A stretch of DNA of 64,000 nucleotides from Mytilus edulis. Its lineage: Eukaryota. The position numbers and the translations under genes were made by a program. The DNA is taken from positions 36,208,001 to 36,272,000 of the forward strand of contig NC_092351.1 of assembly GCF_963676685.1 (NCBI RefSeq), in the 5' to 3' direction. Below the pieces are notes generated by a model. It was not told the origin of the DNA and did no database searches. It was given only the letters and a program-made list of their open reading frames with translations. Shown here piece by piece: positions 1-13,300 of the stretch; the first letter of the stretch is position 1; each line of letters begins with the position of its first letter.

Positions 1-925
1 TGAGATCTGAAAACAACTTTTACTTGTATTTCACTTACATGACTTACCTTATTTAATCATGATATTATTTCACAATTACGATATTTGAAATAATTTCTGG
101 TTTTCTTTCTTATGTTTCATGATTATTTTCTTTTTAAAAGAATGATATTTGCTTGAATATTTCAGGAAATTTTTTCAATCATAATTTTAAAATTATTTTC
201 CAATTTTTTAACAATTAATTAAAAGCTTTTAATTAATTCAAATACACTATTATTATTTCATAGTATTTGTAAAGGTTAAGTTTTTTTCTAATAACTACCG
301 GTATTCAATAAGTTAACTACACAGATAGAATTTTACAACAAGGGACAAAATAGACATATTTACACTTGTATGCAAATTTGTCCGCCATTACATAAAATCA
401 CACAGGTTCCCGTAAACTTTGACATCATAATTCAAAACATTTGGCGTCACAACTAAAAAGTGATTGTTTCTTGACGTCAAAAGGTTATTCGGAGGCAAAA
501 TAAAAATGTACAGCTAAATACCAAAAGTGTAAATATGTTTATATCACAGAGAAATAATTTCCTCCGGATAAAAAAATTACAACAACTACTGTGACATTTT
601 TTCCTCCGAATCAAATTTACCCAGATACAATTTTGCTTTACACCTTAAGCGTCCCAGAAAAAAAATAACCTCGCCAGACTTAGCCGTAGGCTTCCCAGAA
701 AGAAAAAAAAATTGCCTTGCCAGACGTCAACTAGTAAATAACATAAATGAAAAAATACACTACACAAATCTCTCTTACAATGCAATGATGCACAATACAA
801 ATCCTTGGTGTGACCAAAATGATTTCTATTACATGGCCGAAACAACCTATGACAAATCTACCAAGGCCGAACCGGCTCCATTTATGACCGAAACCTCTTG
901 TAAGTTTCTGCCCAAGTTAAATTAC

Positions 926-1063
926 CGTTGCATTCACTGTTGCGTTACTTTGTTTACATTTCAAAATGTCTTTAATTGTATTTCTAATTAATCTGTACTG
1001 AGTAAATGAGAACGATCTAGAAAGAAAGGATCTTTTAAGACCTCGAAGTGCAAATGTTGACAT
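926..1063 (-). CDS. Probable first coding exon of a divergently transcribed gene encoding a mitochondrially targeted protein; gene continues off the left edge
   Basis: ATG at 1063 opens MSTFALRGLKRSFLSRSFSFTQYRLIRNTIKDILKCKQSNATVNAT (R/S/L/F-rich, almost no acidic residues, presequence-like). It ends at a phase-0 GTAATT donor (925). A minus-strand acceptor-like TTTTCAG lies at 7-13. Confidence 0.5.
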
Positions 1064-1381
1064 TTTTTATTTTTGTATGGAGGCAGACATCTTGTAGATC
1101 CGAAATGAATATCCGAATTCACATATCAAATAAGTACAAAATTTACTTTTTCTCTATCTAGATACAAACAATAATTGAAATCGAATAGTTTTATCAAATG
1201 AATTAATTTTTGAAACATATTTTAAACAAATAAAATTAAATATTACCCAATCAAAATCAACCAATTTCACAATTTCCTCCTATCTGTCATGTGAGTGCCT
1301 AAGGTCAAGGATTTCTACAAATAAAACCGAAAAAGCGACAGATCTGTATATAGTTTCAAAAAAGTAACAAACCCATTAAAT
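1064..1381. promoter_or_regulatory. Probable bidirectional promoter / 5' UTR region between the divergent gene and LAMTOR1
   Basis: 318 bp between two divergent ATGs (1063 on -, 1382 on +). Positional inference only. Confidence 0.4.
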
Positions 1382-4300
1382 ATGGGATGCTGCTTTAGCA
1401 GCGAAGATGATAAAGACACACTGGTGAACATTCCATCTGTTTTTAACTTTTAATAGAACCAAACTGAAGCATTTATAAATGTGTAGACCCTCCCCCTCTT
1501 GATCTGTTTACAGTTTTCTTTACTAAATTTCGCTCATGTCAATACTATTTATCAATCACTGTTTAAAAGGTCTGGGATATATTTAACATGGTAGCTATTC
1601 AAGTTTTGCATAGCACACAAAACTGATAAACCTTATTTAAACCTCAGATTGCTGCCAGTCGTTTTTCAAGGTTGCATTTCGTGTGCCAGAAAATATGACA
1701 GCTTGGTGTCTGTGACTTCAGATGGCCAACAATGATGTCATTCGATATGTGACAACACGCCATGATGGCTGTTACATTCGGGACACATTGAAGAAAAATA
1801 TAACATTGTTTAATCTTTGGTCTTTTATTTGAAAAAGATACAGCAATGATAAGAAGCTTGCATTCATGTAAGTTAAAACATGGGCAGATGTGTCCCTCCG
1901 GCACAGTCTGTGTGGACACATGTTTTAAAAGGGTTAAAAGTTGGTAAAAGCTAATTCGAGCTTATCATGCTTATTATCTTCTAATCATTTCCTCATTGGT
2001 TTTTGACGGAAGCAAGTTACATGTAACTCGTACCAACGGAAACTCGTACCATGTTAACTCGTACCAAAAAAGTTAACTCGTACCAACTTAAAGTCGTACC
2101 ACTTGGAAGTCGTACCATTAAAAAAAATGTTTTGTGGTGTTTTTTCTTTCTAAAATTAATAAAAAAAAATGTTGAATTACTGTAATTTTATACTGGATTT
2201 TAATGAAAACTTGGACAAAAATACGTTTTTTTTTAATATGAGGCAGGCATAACCTGTGAATGGGGACGAAGTCTGTATGTATTATTTTTTTTTTTACCTC
2301 AAACATGTTAATAAAGGAAACGGAAATACCGTAACCGGTTCCCGATTTGGTCTGTGGTTAGGGATTTAGCTGTGACGTTGTTTAAGTTATGACGTCATAT
2401 TCAATGTAAACAAAAGAAACGCTTCCATCAGGTAACGTTTTTTTCAAATCAAACAATTATTAAAAATGAAATTGTATTGAGTTCCAATCTTATATTTTAC
2501 TAGACTGATACATATAATTTTCTTTTCAAAGTCTCATGCAAACAAGACAGATTTCTGCGCAAATGCGGATAAAACCGGAACAGGAACTAGATCTGAAAAA
2601 AAAAGTTAACGATTTTGAGTTCATTAGTAGAATGAAAAAGTCGGGAAATTTTCCCGATTTTTTTTTTTTATTATTGATTTTTCTACCGTAATTGGGGACT
2701 CCGTCCCCATATTAAGATACTAATATAAATTGTCTTAATTACCTTAATACCCTGCTAATTAATATACGATATTCCTTTGATTGTGTGATCAAATTATGGT
2801 GACTTGAGTAACTCCGGTATCACTCAGATTACAATTCTACCTTGACAGGTAAGTTTGTATTTAGCCTATAAAATACTTATTTAGCCTTGAGAATTGAAAG
2901 GTCAGTTTATCCCATTCATACAATAGAAGTTTACCTATAAGGGTCAGAATGGGGTTTACAGAATAGAGAACACATGTAATAGCAACAAAAAATAGAGAAT
3001 AGAGAAAATGAACAACAAAATAAGGAATAGAGAATAATTTAATGCATGCAAAAGTTTAAAGAATAACTAGGCAAAATAAAAAGGTAACTTAGGTAACTGT
3101 AATGCAATACTGATAAAATAATGATCAATGTACAGAATTGATAAATAATCTTGTAACAGAAAGACTAAATAGTAAAATCATTTTCATGAGAATTTTACAG
3201 AATGAGAGTTATTTTTAAGGCTATTAAAAGAAAAATGCCCTAAAAATTTAAAGAATACAGATATTAAAATAACCCATGCAGGTCCTCAAGTCATTTACAT
3301 TGTCAAAATATAGGACACTCTAGTAAAACTGGTTTTAAACTAGACATCTAGTCAAACTGTTTTGGTATAACTGACTGTTTCTTGCCCTAGATGTCTATTT
3401 CACAGTGACCTTATGTGTTTGTGCTAAGAGTACATTGTACTGTCATATTTATTGATTTTCTGTTGGGACATGACCTACATTGTTAACATGCAAAACAGTG
3501 GCTTGAGATTTCAACTGATATTAGTATAATAAATTAATATTTGGAATGTTATATCGTGGTTGATGGTTTTTTTTTAGGACCAAGATGTTTTCTTCATTCT
3601 TGTTCACATTATGATTATTTTAACCTTCAATGCACATTTAAAGATAGAAAAAATTTCAGCTCTCATTGAAAATATTTTGCAACTAAATAATAATCTGTCA
3701 GATTTGGTGTAAACAAAAAACAAGACAGTGTAATATATAACCTGCAAGCATAGTCTATTTCTATAAAGTCAAGCAGATAGTTTTTTTTATATATATCTGA
3801 AAAAAAATCTACCAGTTTTTTTTATATCTGAAAAAAAACTACCATGTAAAGAAATATGCAATTAAAAGGCTGAAATAACCCCAAAAATTCAACATTAACA
3901 GATTTTTAACCGGATTTTTGTGACAAAAATGTTGGTTATTGATTTGGGGATGTACGGCGGGCGGGCGAGCGGGCGGCAATCAAATGTTGTCCGTGCATTA
4001 ACTCATGAACCGTTCAACCAAAGTTTTTAAAATTTTAATATGTTATTACTGACAACTAAATGAAGGTCAAGTTCAATAATGGCGATTTTGACTTTTACCG
4101 TTCAGGAGTTATGGTTCTTGAAAGATGGAAAAATGTTTTTTCCAGTCGTGTCAGTGTATTTATGCATGAACTGTTCTACCAAAGCTTCCCAAATTTTAAT
4201 ATGTTGTTACTGATGACAAAATGGAGTTCAAGTTCAATAATGACGATTTTGACTTTTACCGTTCAGGAGTTATGGTTCTTGAAAGATTGAAAAATGGAGT

Positions 4301-7300
4301 TTCCAGCCGTGTCCGTGTATTTACACATGAACTGTTCTACCAAAGCTTCCCAAATTTTAATATGATATTACTGATGACAAAATGGAGGTCAAGTTCAATA
4401 ATGACGATTTTGACTTTTACCGTTCAGGAGTTATGGTTCTTGAAAGATTGCAAAATGGTGTTTCCAGTCGTGTTCGTGCATTTTCTCATGAACCATTCAA
4501 CCAAAGCTTTTGAAATTTTTATATGTTGTTGCTGATGACAAAATAGAGGTCAAGTTCAATAATGACGATTTTGACTTTTACCGTTCAGGAGTTATGGTTC
4601 TTGAAAGATCGTAAAATGGCGTTTCCATTCACTTTATTGCATTTACTCATGACCCATTCAATCTAAGCTTTTCAAATTTTAATATGTTGATACTGATGAC
4701 AAAATGGAGGTCAAATTTGATATTGACGATTTTCAGTTTCACCATTCATCAGTAATGGTTCTTGTGATATTGCCAGGACACAAATAAATGTTAATAAATC
4801 CGGTTTGCTGTCGTTGTGACAGCCTCTTGTTAACAATTAAATCAAGATGCACCAAGTTTTAAATATTGGTCAGAATATAGGGTTCTTTTGTACTTTAACA
4901 ATATCACAATAACAATAAAGTGACCTTAATTTTGGACAAGGTAAATGGCATGAAGCCAAATTTATCAACTTCTATTGTATGAATGGGATAAACTGACCTT
5001 TCAATTCTCAAGGCTAAATAAGTATTTTATAGGCTAAATACAAACTTACCTGTCAAGGTAGAATTGTAATCTGAGTGATACCGGTGTTACTCAAGTCACC
5101 ATAATACATTCCTTTGATTGTGTGATTATTGGTTGATTATTAACTAATCAACTTGTTTAATCATATTATTACATTTTGGGGCGATATCTTTTTGTGCCAA
5201 AAAGTAACTCATTTGCGCCACAACTTAATTGCGTCAATACTTCTTTTGCGCCACCTACTTTTCAAAACTATAGGTATCAAATCTGCCAAGTTATTGTCTA
5301 TATCTAATACACATGGAACATTAGTTACAGACTGGTCATTTTACTTTCAAAATACATTTTACAGAGGTATTGAGAAAAATAACAGTATATATTCATAGTT
5401 AAACACCAATCAAATGCATTTAAATAAGTTGGTACGAGTTAGCAGTGGTACGAGTTTACATTGGTACGAGTTATTTTTTAGTGGTACGAGTTAACGTTGG
5501 TACAAGTTTACGTTGGTACGGGTTAACTATAATTCGTTTTGACATGCTATTACATGTATTAAGAATGCAATAATTTGTGATGTCACAATTTCCCTTGAAA
5601 AAGGATGCACAATACGAATTCATATGTCATATGAAAACATATGATCTGACCATTTATTATGTCCATATTTGTATACTATGCACACTCTCATTAATAAACA
5701 GAGTTCGAGAAAAGTTTTGTTGACCAATCTGTCATGAGACTGTCAAAGCAAGATTATTTGTCAGTCCTACAAATTCTGTAAATTTTATACTAAAAGAAAA
5801 TTAAATTATTAATAACATATTTCATCGACAATATAACCTTATTATTATTAAATTATATTAGTAATATTTTTCACAGCCACTGGCAAATGAACAATGAACA
5901 TGATGAAGGACCCGTTCTGTTGTTCTGATTGTTCTTATTTACCGTCATCTTCACTTTCCATTTCATCATCTGAATCACTTTCTCGGTTATAATATATTTT
6001 TTGTTTTCATCGAAGGGTTCAATCGCTGATTGTTTGCCAGGGATTGCTCCTTTAACAAATTTAGAAGGCCATGTAGATCGCCACATTTGTTTGTTTATAA
6101 TAATTTGTAAACCAGTAACAGAAATTAGTAATGGTTACATCTGATGACAGATGTAAACATGTACTGGAAATAGTTGCGGTACAAATAATAAAATAACAAT
6201 GCTGCCTCTCTCTTGAGCATCAAAGATTGTGATTAAGAGCATGAAGAGCAAAGACTTGGTGGGCTAAGTCAGAAAAATACAGATTGGTTCGTTGAAAATC
6301 ATGTTCGCTCACATTTTTATTATGTAGTCAGGATTTCTTTTGTGGATTATCTTGACGAAATGGATAAGGAATATTGTCATGATGATCAAAGACCAAGTCA
6401 TTCGTCACAAAGACTATGAAAGGCAGGCCTGGGGCCATTACATTGCAATGTAATGCATTACATTACAATTACTTTGTGATTCTTCCATTACAATTACAAT
6501 TACAATTACATTTTTTCTGACATGTAATGCATTACATTACAATTACTTTGCCTGTGTAATGCATTACATTACACATTACTTTTTCAATATAAAAACAAAA
6601 TGCATTTCAAAAACTGAGGTATGTGTACATATGTATACAGTGTTAGGGACATAGACTTCAAATACTGGTTAATTAATATGTCCATTGCACTTTATCATCA
6701 TAAGTGGTTTAAATGTGATGCCATTAAGAGAACAGCGATAAGTTCTGTACACCTTTCCGGCAATACTTAAAAGCCTTTCTACAGGAGCTTATGTGTGGGA
6801 AATGGCTAAATACTTGATAGCTGTATTAACCAAAGTAGAAAGGCACACTGAATTTGACTTCCATTATTCCAGTGCATTGATTGAAATTTCTTCACATGGC
6901 TCAGACAAGTAGATGTCAACATCATGTACTGCACCTTACCTGTGTCTATACCCTTTGATTGAGTAGTAGGAGGCATGAAACTGAAAAAGTCACTTTTAAG
7001 TTTCTTAGGTGGTGGTAAAAAATAAATAAATTATCATATAATTTGGTTATTAACATTGATCACTTAATCATTAAGACATCATTAAGGATTTCAAAGGTAT
7101 ATAACAAATGTGTCATTAAAGGATTATCTTGTGAAATGCCTAAGGGTTCTGTGAGGACAAACATAAGTTGAGAAGATTTGATTGCAATAAAAACATTTTG
7201 ATATTAATTAGGTGAAATAACAACACAGACAGGACCCAAACCACAGTCTGGTTTAAAAATGTTGTTTGATATATTCAATATTTCATTGAAATACATGTAA

Positions 7301-10300
7301 GGTGTGTATAGAATTATGTAATTTTCATCTTCATATTTTTTTCATTGATCTATATAGTTTTGTTTGATAATTTTTTTTATAAGATTTTTCAAAGACCACC
7401 TAACACCAAAATGTTCCCATATCATATTAAACAAATATCAGAAACCAAGATCAAAGACTTGATATTTTTTACAATTTTATATTTCTTACCTTAATGTGTG
7501 TTTTAAAGATTGATGTAATTTATTTGCAGTAATTAACTGTGACAAAAAATTTTATTCCATACTTTCTTTTGTTTTTGTTAATATTTTATTTTTATTATAC
7601 AATATTTTTCAGTTTTACCAATTTGTAATGAAAAGTAATGTACTGTAATGGAGGCATTACATCAATTTTTAACTAAAGTAATCATTACATTACATGTAAT
7701 TGTAATGCAGAAAATGTGCATTACAAATTACTTTGCATTACATCCAAAAAAAGTAATATTACAATGCATTACAATTACAAATTACCATTACCCCAGGCCT
7801 GATGAAAGGCAGAATTAAGATTCCAAACAGTTATCAAACTAGTCAGAAACTGTTTAAAATAATTATCAGTATTTTTTCATTAAAAATCTTCATTGTTTTT
7901 TATCTTGCAACATTGTACAAAGCTTGCTACATTTTGTACTTGCATTTTACTGTCTACCAAACACAGAACAATAAAACAAAATTAGCTTTGTTAATACCAA
8001 TTAAAAGTAATCTTCAATAAATCACAATAAATAATTATTAAACTAATCACCATGATCACAAAAAATATTTCATTTATAAAATTCACAAATTTTATTTTTG
8101 AAAATATAGTTATTTTGATATATACATGTACATCTAGAAAACATTTTTTAATTCAACCAGTATTTTAATAAGAAAACGTTGTGAACAGACCCAAGGGTTT
8201 TCCTGCTGAATACGTTCAAATATAAAATCAAGCAGAATAAAACTACAAAATACAGAAGGCAATATTAATCATGTTAATTGACAAGGGAGTCTCATTGGGG
8301 ATTCTGATCCTGGATCCCGCTTATTGTTTTGTCAGATTCCATGTATCCTGCTTACACTATAATGACTATGTACATTCTGTAACCTATTCTCATATTTTTG
8401 TAAGCCAGTTCCTGTGTCCCAATAGACTTCATTTTACGTTTTCACAGCACAACAATTTGACTTTCACATGTTACGCTTACAAAAAATTCTGCAATCCCAT
8501 GTCACGCATAGACCTCAATGAGACCAAATGAAAAGAACTTATGAGGCATTGCTGAAAAAAACAAGCATGTAAGAATGTTACTTTGAATGTTTTAGGAATG
8601 ATGTCTTGCTAAATGACAAAAGGAATAAATGGTGACAATCTTGATAGCATTAAATGTAAACAATGTATTACAAAGTATTTATTTCTTGAAAACTGCAGAT
8701 TGACAGTTTCATCTTTCATTTAAGATATTAGAACATATGTTTGACATGTATAGTTTGTAATGTGGATACTTTTTTTTCAGACTAATGAACCTGATGAAAC
8801 AACTAGACTTATAAACCCTGTACAAAATCATTCTCCAAGATCTGTGTAAGTAAAATGCATGATTGATAAACTTTTAAAGGTACATTTTGTAATCATATAT
8901 AGCTTGCATTATCACACATCATTTTTAGGAGGCACTAGTAGTCTAGTACCATGATTACATGTATTATATATGTTTGAGATTTATCTTACACCATGTACAC
9001 GTAACATGTACACATGATGTAATTGACAGTGCTTAGCAATAGTTTCCTGGTGTAAGTTCACTTTTACAAGTACAAAAATGTATAACATTCAAACTGCTAC
9101 AAGATGTGGTTGGAATATCTTTACAATACAGCAAACCAACAACCAATAAAATAAAATAAAATCTATCAATTTACCGGTATGCAATTAGTAAAAAAACATC
9201 ATCATATTTTGCGCATTTATTGGAGAAATATGTATATGACATGCCCTATATCATTAAACTTGACAAAAGCAAATTTGACTGGGTTTTTGTTAATTTAAGA
9301 TTTACCTTGAACTTGAAGCTTTGAACATGTTAACATTGGAGTGACTGATTATCATGATTATTGGTATAATTTGTCAGTTTTAGTTGTTGCTGTTGTTATG
9401 GTATCAAAACAGAAGAACCAAAACCAGTATTTACAGAACCGCCCCAGCCCTATAATCCTCCTCCTATTATACAAACACTACCTAGGTAAAGTTTGGTATG
9501 GCATGATCAATCTAAAGCAAAATATGAAAAATGGCTTTTACCATGAAATATCTACATGATCTATGAACAGTTTGTTGCTTCACTTGTACAGTTGTCTTTA
9601 GATAGCTTTGACCTTTAACCATCATGAACAGTTTGTGGCTTCAAAGTGGACTTGAAATATAACTTCAACAAACCCTACTTGCATGATTAAATAAGTAACT
9701 GCAAATGAAACTATGAATGTAGTAATGCCTCCTTCTTATACATTTATATATGTATTGACCATGACTGCTGAAGGATGATGTTGTGGGCTATACATTCACA
9801 TGGATTCATTTATAATCTGGTTGGTTAGTTTTGATTTCATAAAATATTAAACAATGACTTCATTGGACTTGTTTTGGGGAAAATTTCAGTGAATTCTTAA
9901 ATTTCTAACCTGACAAATGCATGATGTGATCCTTCAGTTTTTGATATCATAAACATTTGAAGGGTCCAATCATTTGGGTCTTGAAAAATATCAATAAATC
10001 ATTTTAATTAAATTTGAATTTAAATTTAACTTGATGCTGATTTTGACAATCAGACAAACTAGGCCTACTTTCAGTATGTTTGAATTTTGAAATGATAATT
10101 TTCAAATATTCTCAGTGATGATTTTTGCAACAATGTGCAAGGTAAATTCAACATCCTTCAATAAAAACCAAAAACATAATGATAATTCAAACATTTCTAG
10201 AAAATTAGTGTTCACCTTGTACAAATATGCTGTACGAGAATTTCAGGGTGCTTTTATCTTTAATAATAATCATGATACAGTTTGTACTAGTGAAAATGTA

Positions 10301-13300
10301 TTTATACAGTGCATTCATAACCTGTACACCATAGCAATTTAACAAAACTCCTGTCTTTCATCATGGTGATTTTAAAACATTTTTAGCTTGCAGAAAGATT
10401 TTTGAATCCTCATCTTTCATTTTTGTCCTTGCTTGTACAATTTTCATAATACAATATATTACTGTCTAAAAAGTGAATGCTTCGATTAATTTCTCCAATA
10501 TATTCAATTCTTGTCATATTTCTTAGTGATAAACTTTATGAAAACCATGGCTCTCAGTCAGTTCTGTATTCTTTTCCTTAAAAAATAGGATAAAGTAAAG
10601 AGTAAACTATCTTTTATGCATTATTTTATAGTATTTCTTTTCACTAATAATCTGACCATAATCATGATAATGAAACTGTGTTTTGAAATGTATTATATAA
10701 TTACAAAAAATATTCATTACAGATAAAGGTACATGTAGATGATTTACAATCTTTTTATGTATGCATGTATGTGTACAATGTTTTTGGTACTGAAGAAAAA
10801 AGAATTCAATTAGATTAATTCTAACTTAAAAATAACACAAATACTTTTGTCAGGTATTTGTACAATGGATGTTAATATCTATACGGCAGATTTTTTTTTA
10901 ACCTAAAACGATTTAAATCCAATGTTATGTTAATGTTTTGTACAGTGGTCCAAGCAGTGAGCCAGCAATAGTAAGTCATCCTAAAGGAGATGAACATTCA
11001 GCGTTAGAAAGAATTTTACAGAAAACGGCAAGGTTGGTTCATTATTACTGATGTGTTTTGCAAAGTGTAAACTAACATTTTATAAAGTGGTAGGTTCAAA
11101 ATGTACATTTTTGAAAATATTTTTATACATCCCAGCAAAAAAATTATGGGGTTTACAGACATCATCTTGTCAGACCATCTGCTTATCTGGGTGCATTATA
11201 AGTGCCAAACTATTCTTAACTTAAGAAAAAAATGAAACTTTATACAGCTGTAGAACACTACGGGAGGATGTGCAAAAGGGAATTTAATCCTGGTTCAAAT
11301 GTTAGAGGGGAGATAATCCAAATATTGCAATATGTGGTACAGTTTCTTGTAAGATCCAATTCTCCTAAATAGCTTGACAGATATTGAATTAACTTTACAC
11401 AGTTGTTAAATAACAACCTTATGATGTACCTGAAGGAATATAACCCCTAATAGTATTAGTTTACATTCGACATGTAAAAGGGGAGATAATCAAGTTTACT
11501 TGCTTCAATTTAGCATTCCGGTAAGCAGTAAGTCTAGCAAGCAGAACTTATTTTAAACAGCTTCATGGATATTGATGAAACTTTATACAGCTGAAAAAAA
11601 CTCCATTGGGATGTGCAGAATTGTATTACAGATTTTCCTTAGAAGTACTCTGATGAGTATATTGCTTGGCAAGGCAATTTTTAGGAGTTTCCTTAAACAA
11701 TTCTAACAGGGGGTTATGACTGTGTATGGCCATATTACCAAAATAAAAAAAGGGTCTTTAAAGTTTGTTTTTTTCTCAAATTTGCATAAAGTATAGCTAA
11801 TAATGTGTTTTAAGCATGTAAACACTGACATAAAAATTGAAAACATGTTGCGCCAAAAATCTTTTATCATCTGCTTTTAGAATATATCTCATTGCTATAG
11901 AATTAACTTATCCAACACAGACAATTCTTTCTTTTTCAGGGATGTGATAGATGTTACAAATGAAAGTAACTTAGTAGAACAAACAGAATATCAAGAGAGA
12001 ACTAGACAGTATAGGTAATTTTAATTAACACACCTCTGGGTAAAACATATAAAAATCATATATCATTGCATGTAGGGAATCAGTACCTCATTGTAAATAT
12101 TCTCCATTATGGTACTAATGCCTTTATCAAACTTTCTCTCATAAACAGTATCCTAAAAGAGGGACGAAAGATACCAGAGGGACAGTCAAACTCATAAATC
12201 AACAATAAACTGACAACGCCATTGCTAAAAATGAAAAGGACAAACAGACAAACAATAGTACACATAACACAACATAGGACTCATTGGTACTCAGCTGTTA
12301 CAACATTTTACAATGTAGTTAGACATTAAGTGAGCAACAATTAACATGATTAATCAATCTAAGCTAGTAATATTTGAAAACATGCTGAACAATGGATGAA
12401 AACTAGACACACACATGGAAATTTAAGTATTTAAGAAAGGATAATAAAAAGCTGCTTATAAGGCTTAGTGTTCCTTGTTAAATATTGGGAACAAGATTGT
12501 ATGAAAACATCTTCTTTTTATGTGTTTATGTCCAATATGTCCTTGTACATGTCATATGAAAGATTGGCTTACACAATTAGGGATCAAATGTTTTACTCAG
12601 CAGTGTTCTCTTTAGGCTGTTTTAGTGCTGCAGTATTTAATGCTATATGCTGCTATAGCATATCAGCACTGTGGTAATTGGATTAAGAGCAGTGGTATCC
12701 AAACACAAAACAGTGCTATTTCATTAACAATTTTCAAATTTAAATCTCATTTACCTGTAGAGTTTCAATCACATAATTGCATGTTTTGTATGAATGTCAA
12801 ATAAATGTACATGTATTCACAAAAAATCTTTATAACTTTATTTTGTTTTCTTTTCAGCAACAGAGTTAACATGGTGGTTGGTGGCAGTAGTCGGTTAAAA
12901 CAGAAACCAAATCTACCTAATTGTGTTACTGCTCCACAGTCAGTGCTAGCCAGTAAACCTATTTCATTACATGATATTCAGTTGGTAAGTAGTTAAGAAT
13001 TTAGTCTTACACCAGTGCTTATTATAGACCTCCCAAAACTCACCAACGAATTGTTAAAAGAATGGTCAGACAAACTGCATTGATTCCTATGGCCTGTAAA
13101 AAATCCATCTGACTAAAAAGTTTAGGGTAAATCTGTAACTGGCATGGGTTGAGTTCAATATCGTAGCAGCTACGTAGCGGCTCAATATCTATGTAGCAAC
13201 TAGTCTATAGCTACACGTTCAATAGTCAAAATCTACGTAGCACTACGTAGCAGCTACAATATTGAACACGGCCCTGGTAAACAGAAAAAAGTACTAATGT

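Larger units (their letters stand above)
2008..5535. mobile_element. Foldback/MULE-like non-autonomous element with arrays of AACTCGTACCA in inverted orientation at the two ends
   Basis: About 6 copies of (A)ACTCGTACCA at 2024-2117 and about 6 of TGGTACGAGTT at 5430-5525. Flanking direct repeat TTTTGAC at 2001-2007 and 5537-5543. Confidence 0.65.

Noticed and set aside
2024-2117. Short regularly spaced repeats that look CRISPR-like
   Set aside because: 11-bp units with 4-8-bp spacers, an inverted counterpart at 5430-5525, eukaryotic intron context and no cas genes. These are transposon subterminal repeats.
4060-4535. ORFs of 76 and 104 aa with repeated sequence
   Set aside because: They are translations of the 161-bp tandem repeat inside a non-autonomous element.
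5871-6086. 71-aa minus-strand ORF in LAMTOR1 intron 1
   Set aside because: No recognisable motif or splice context. Probably chance or a repeat remnant.
9341-9559. ORF-track 72-aa product MTDYHDYW...
   Set aside because: Wrong frame. The splice-compatible frame is the CCCCYG cassette exon.
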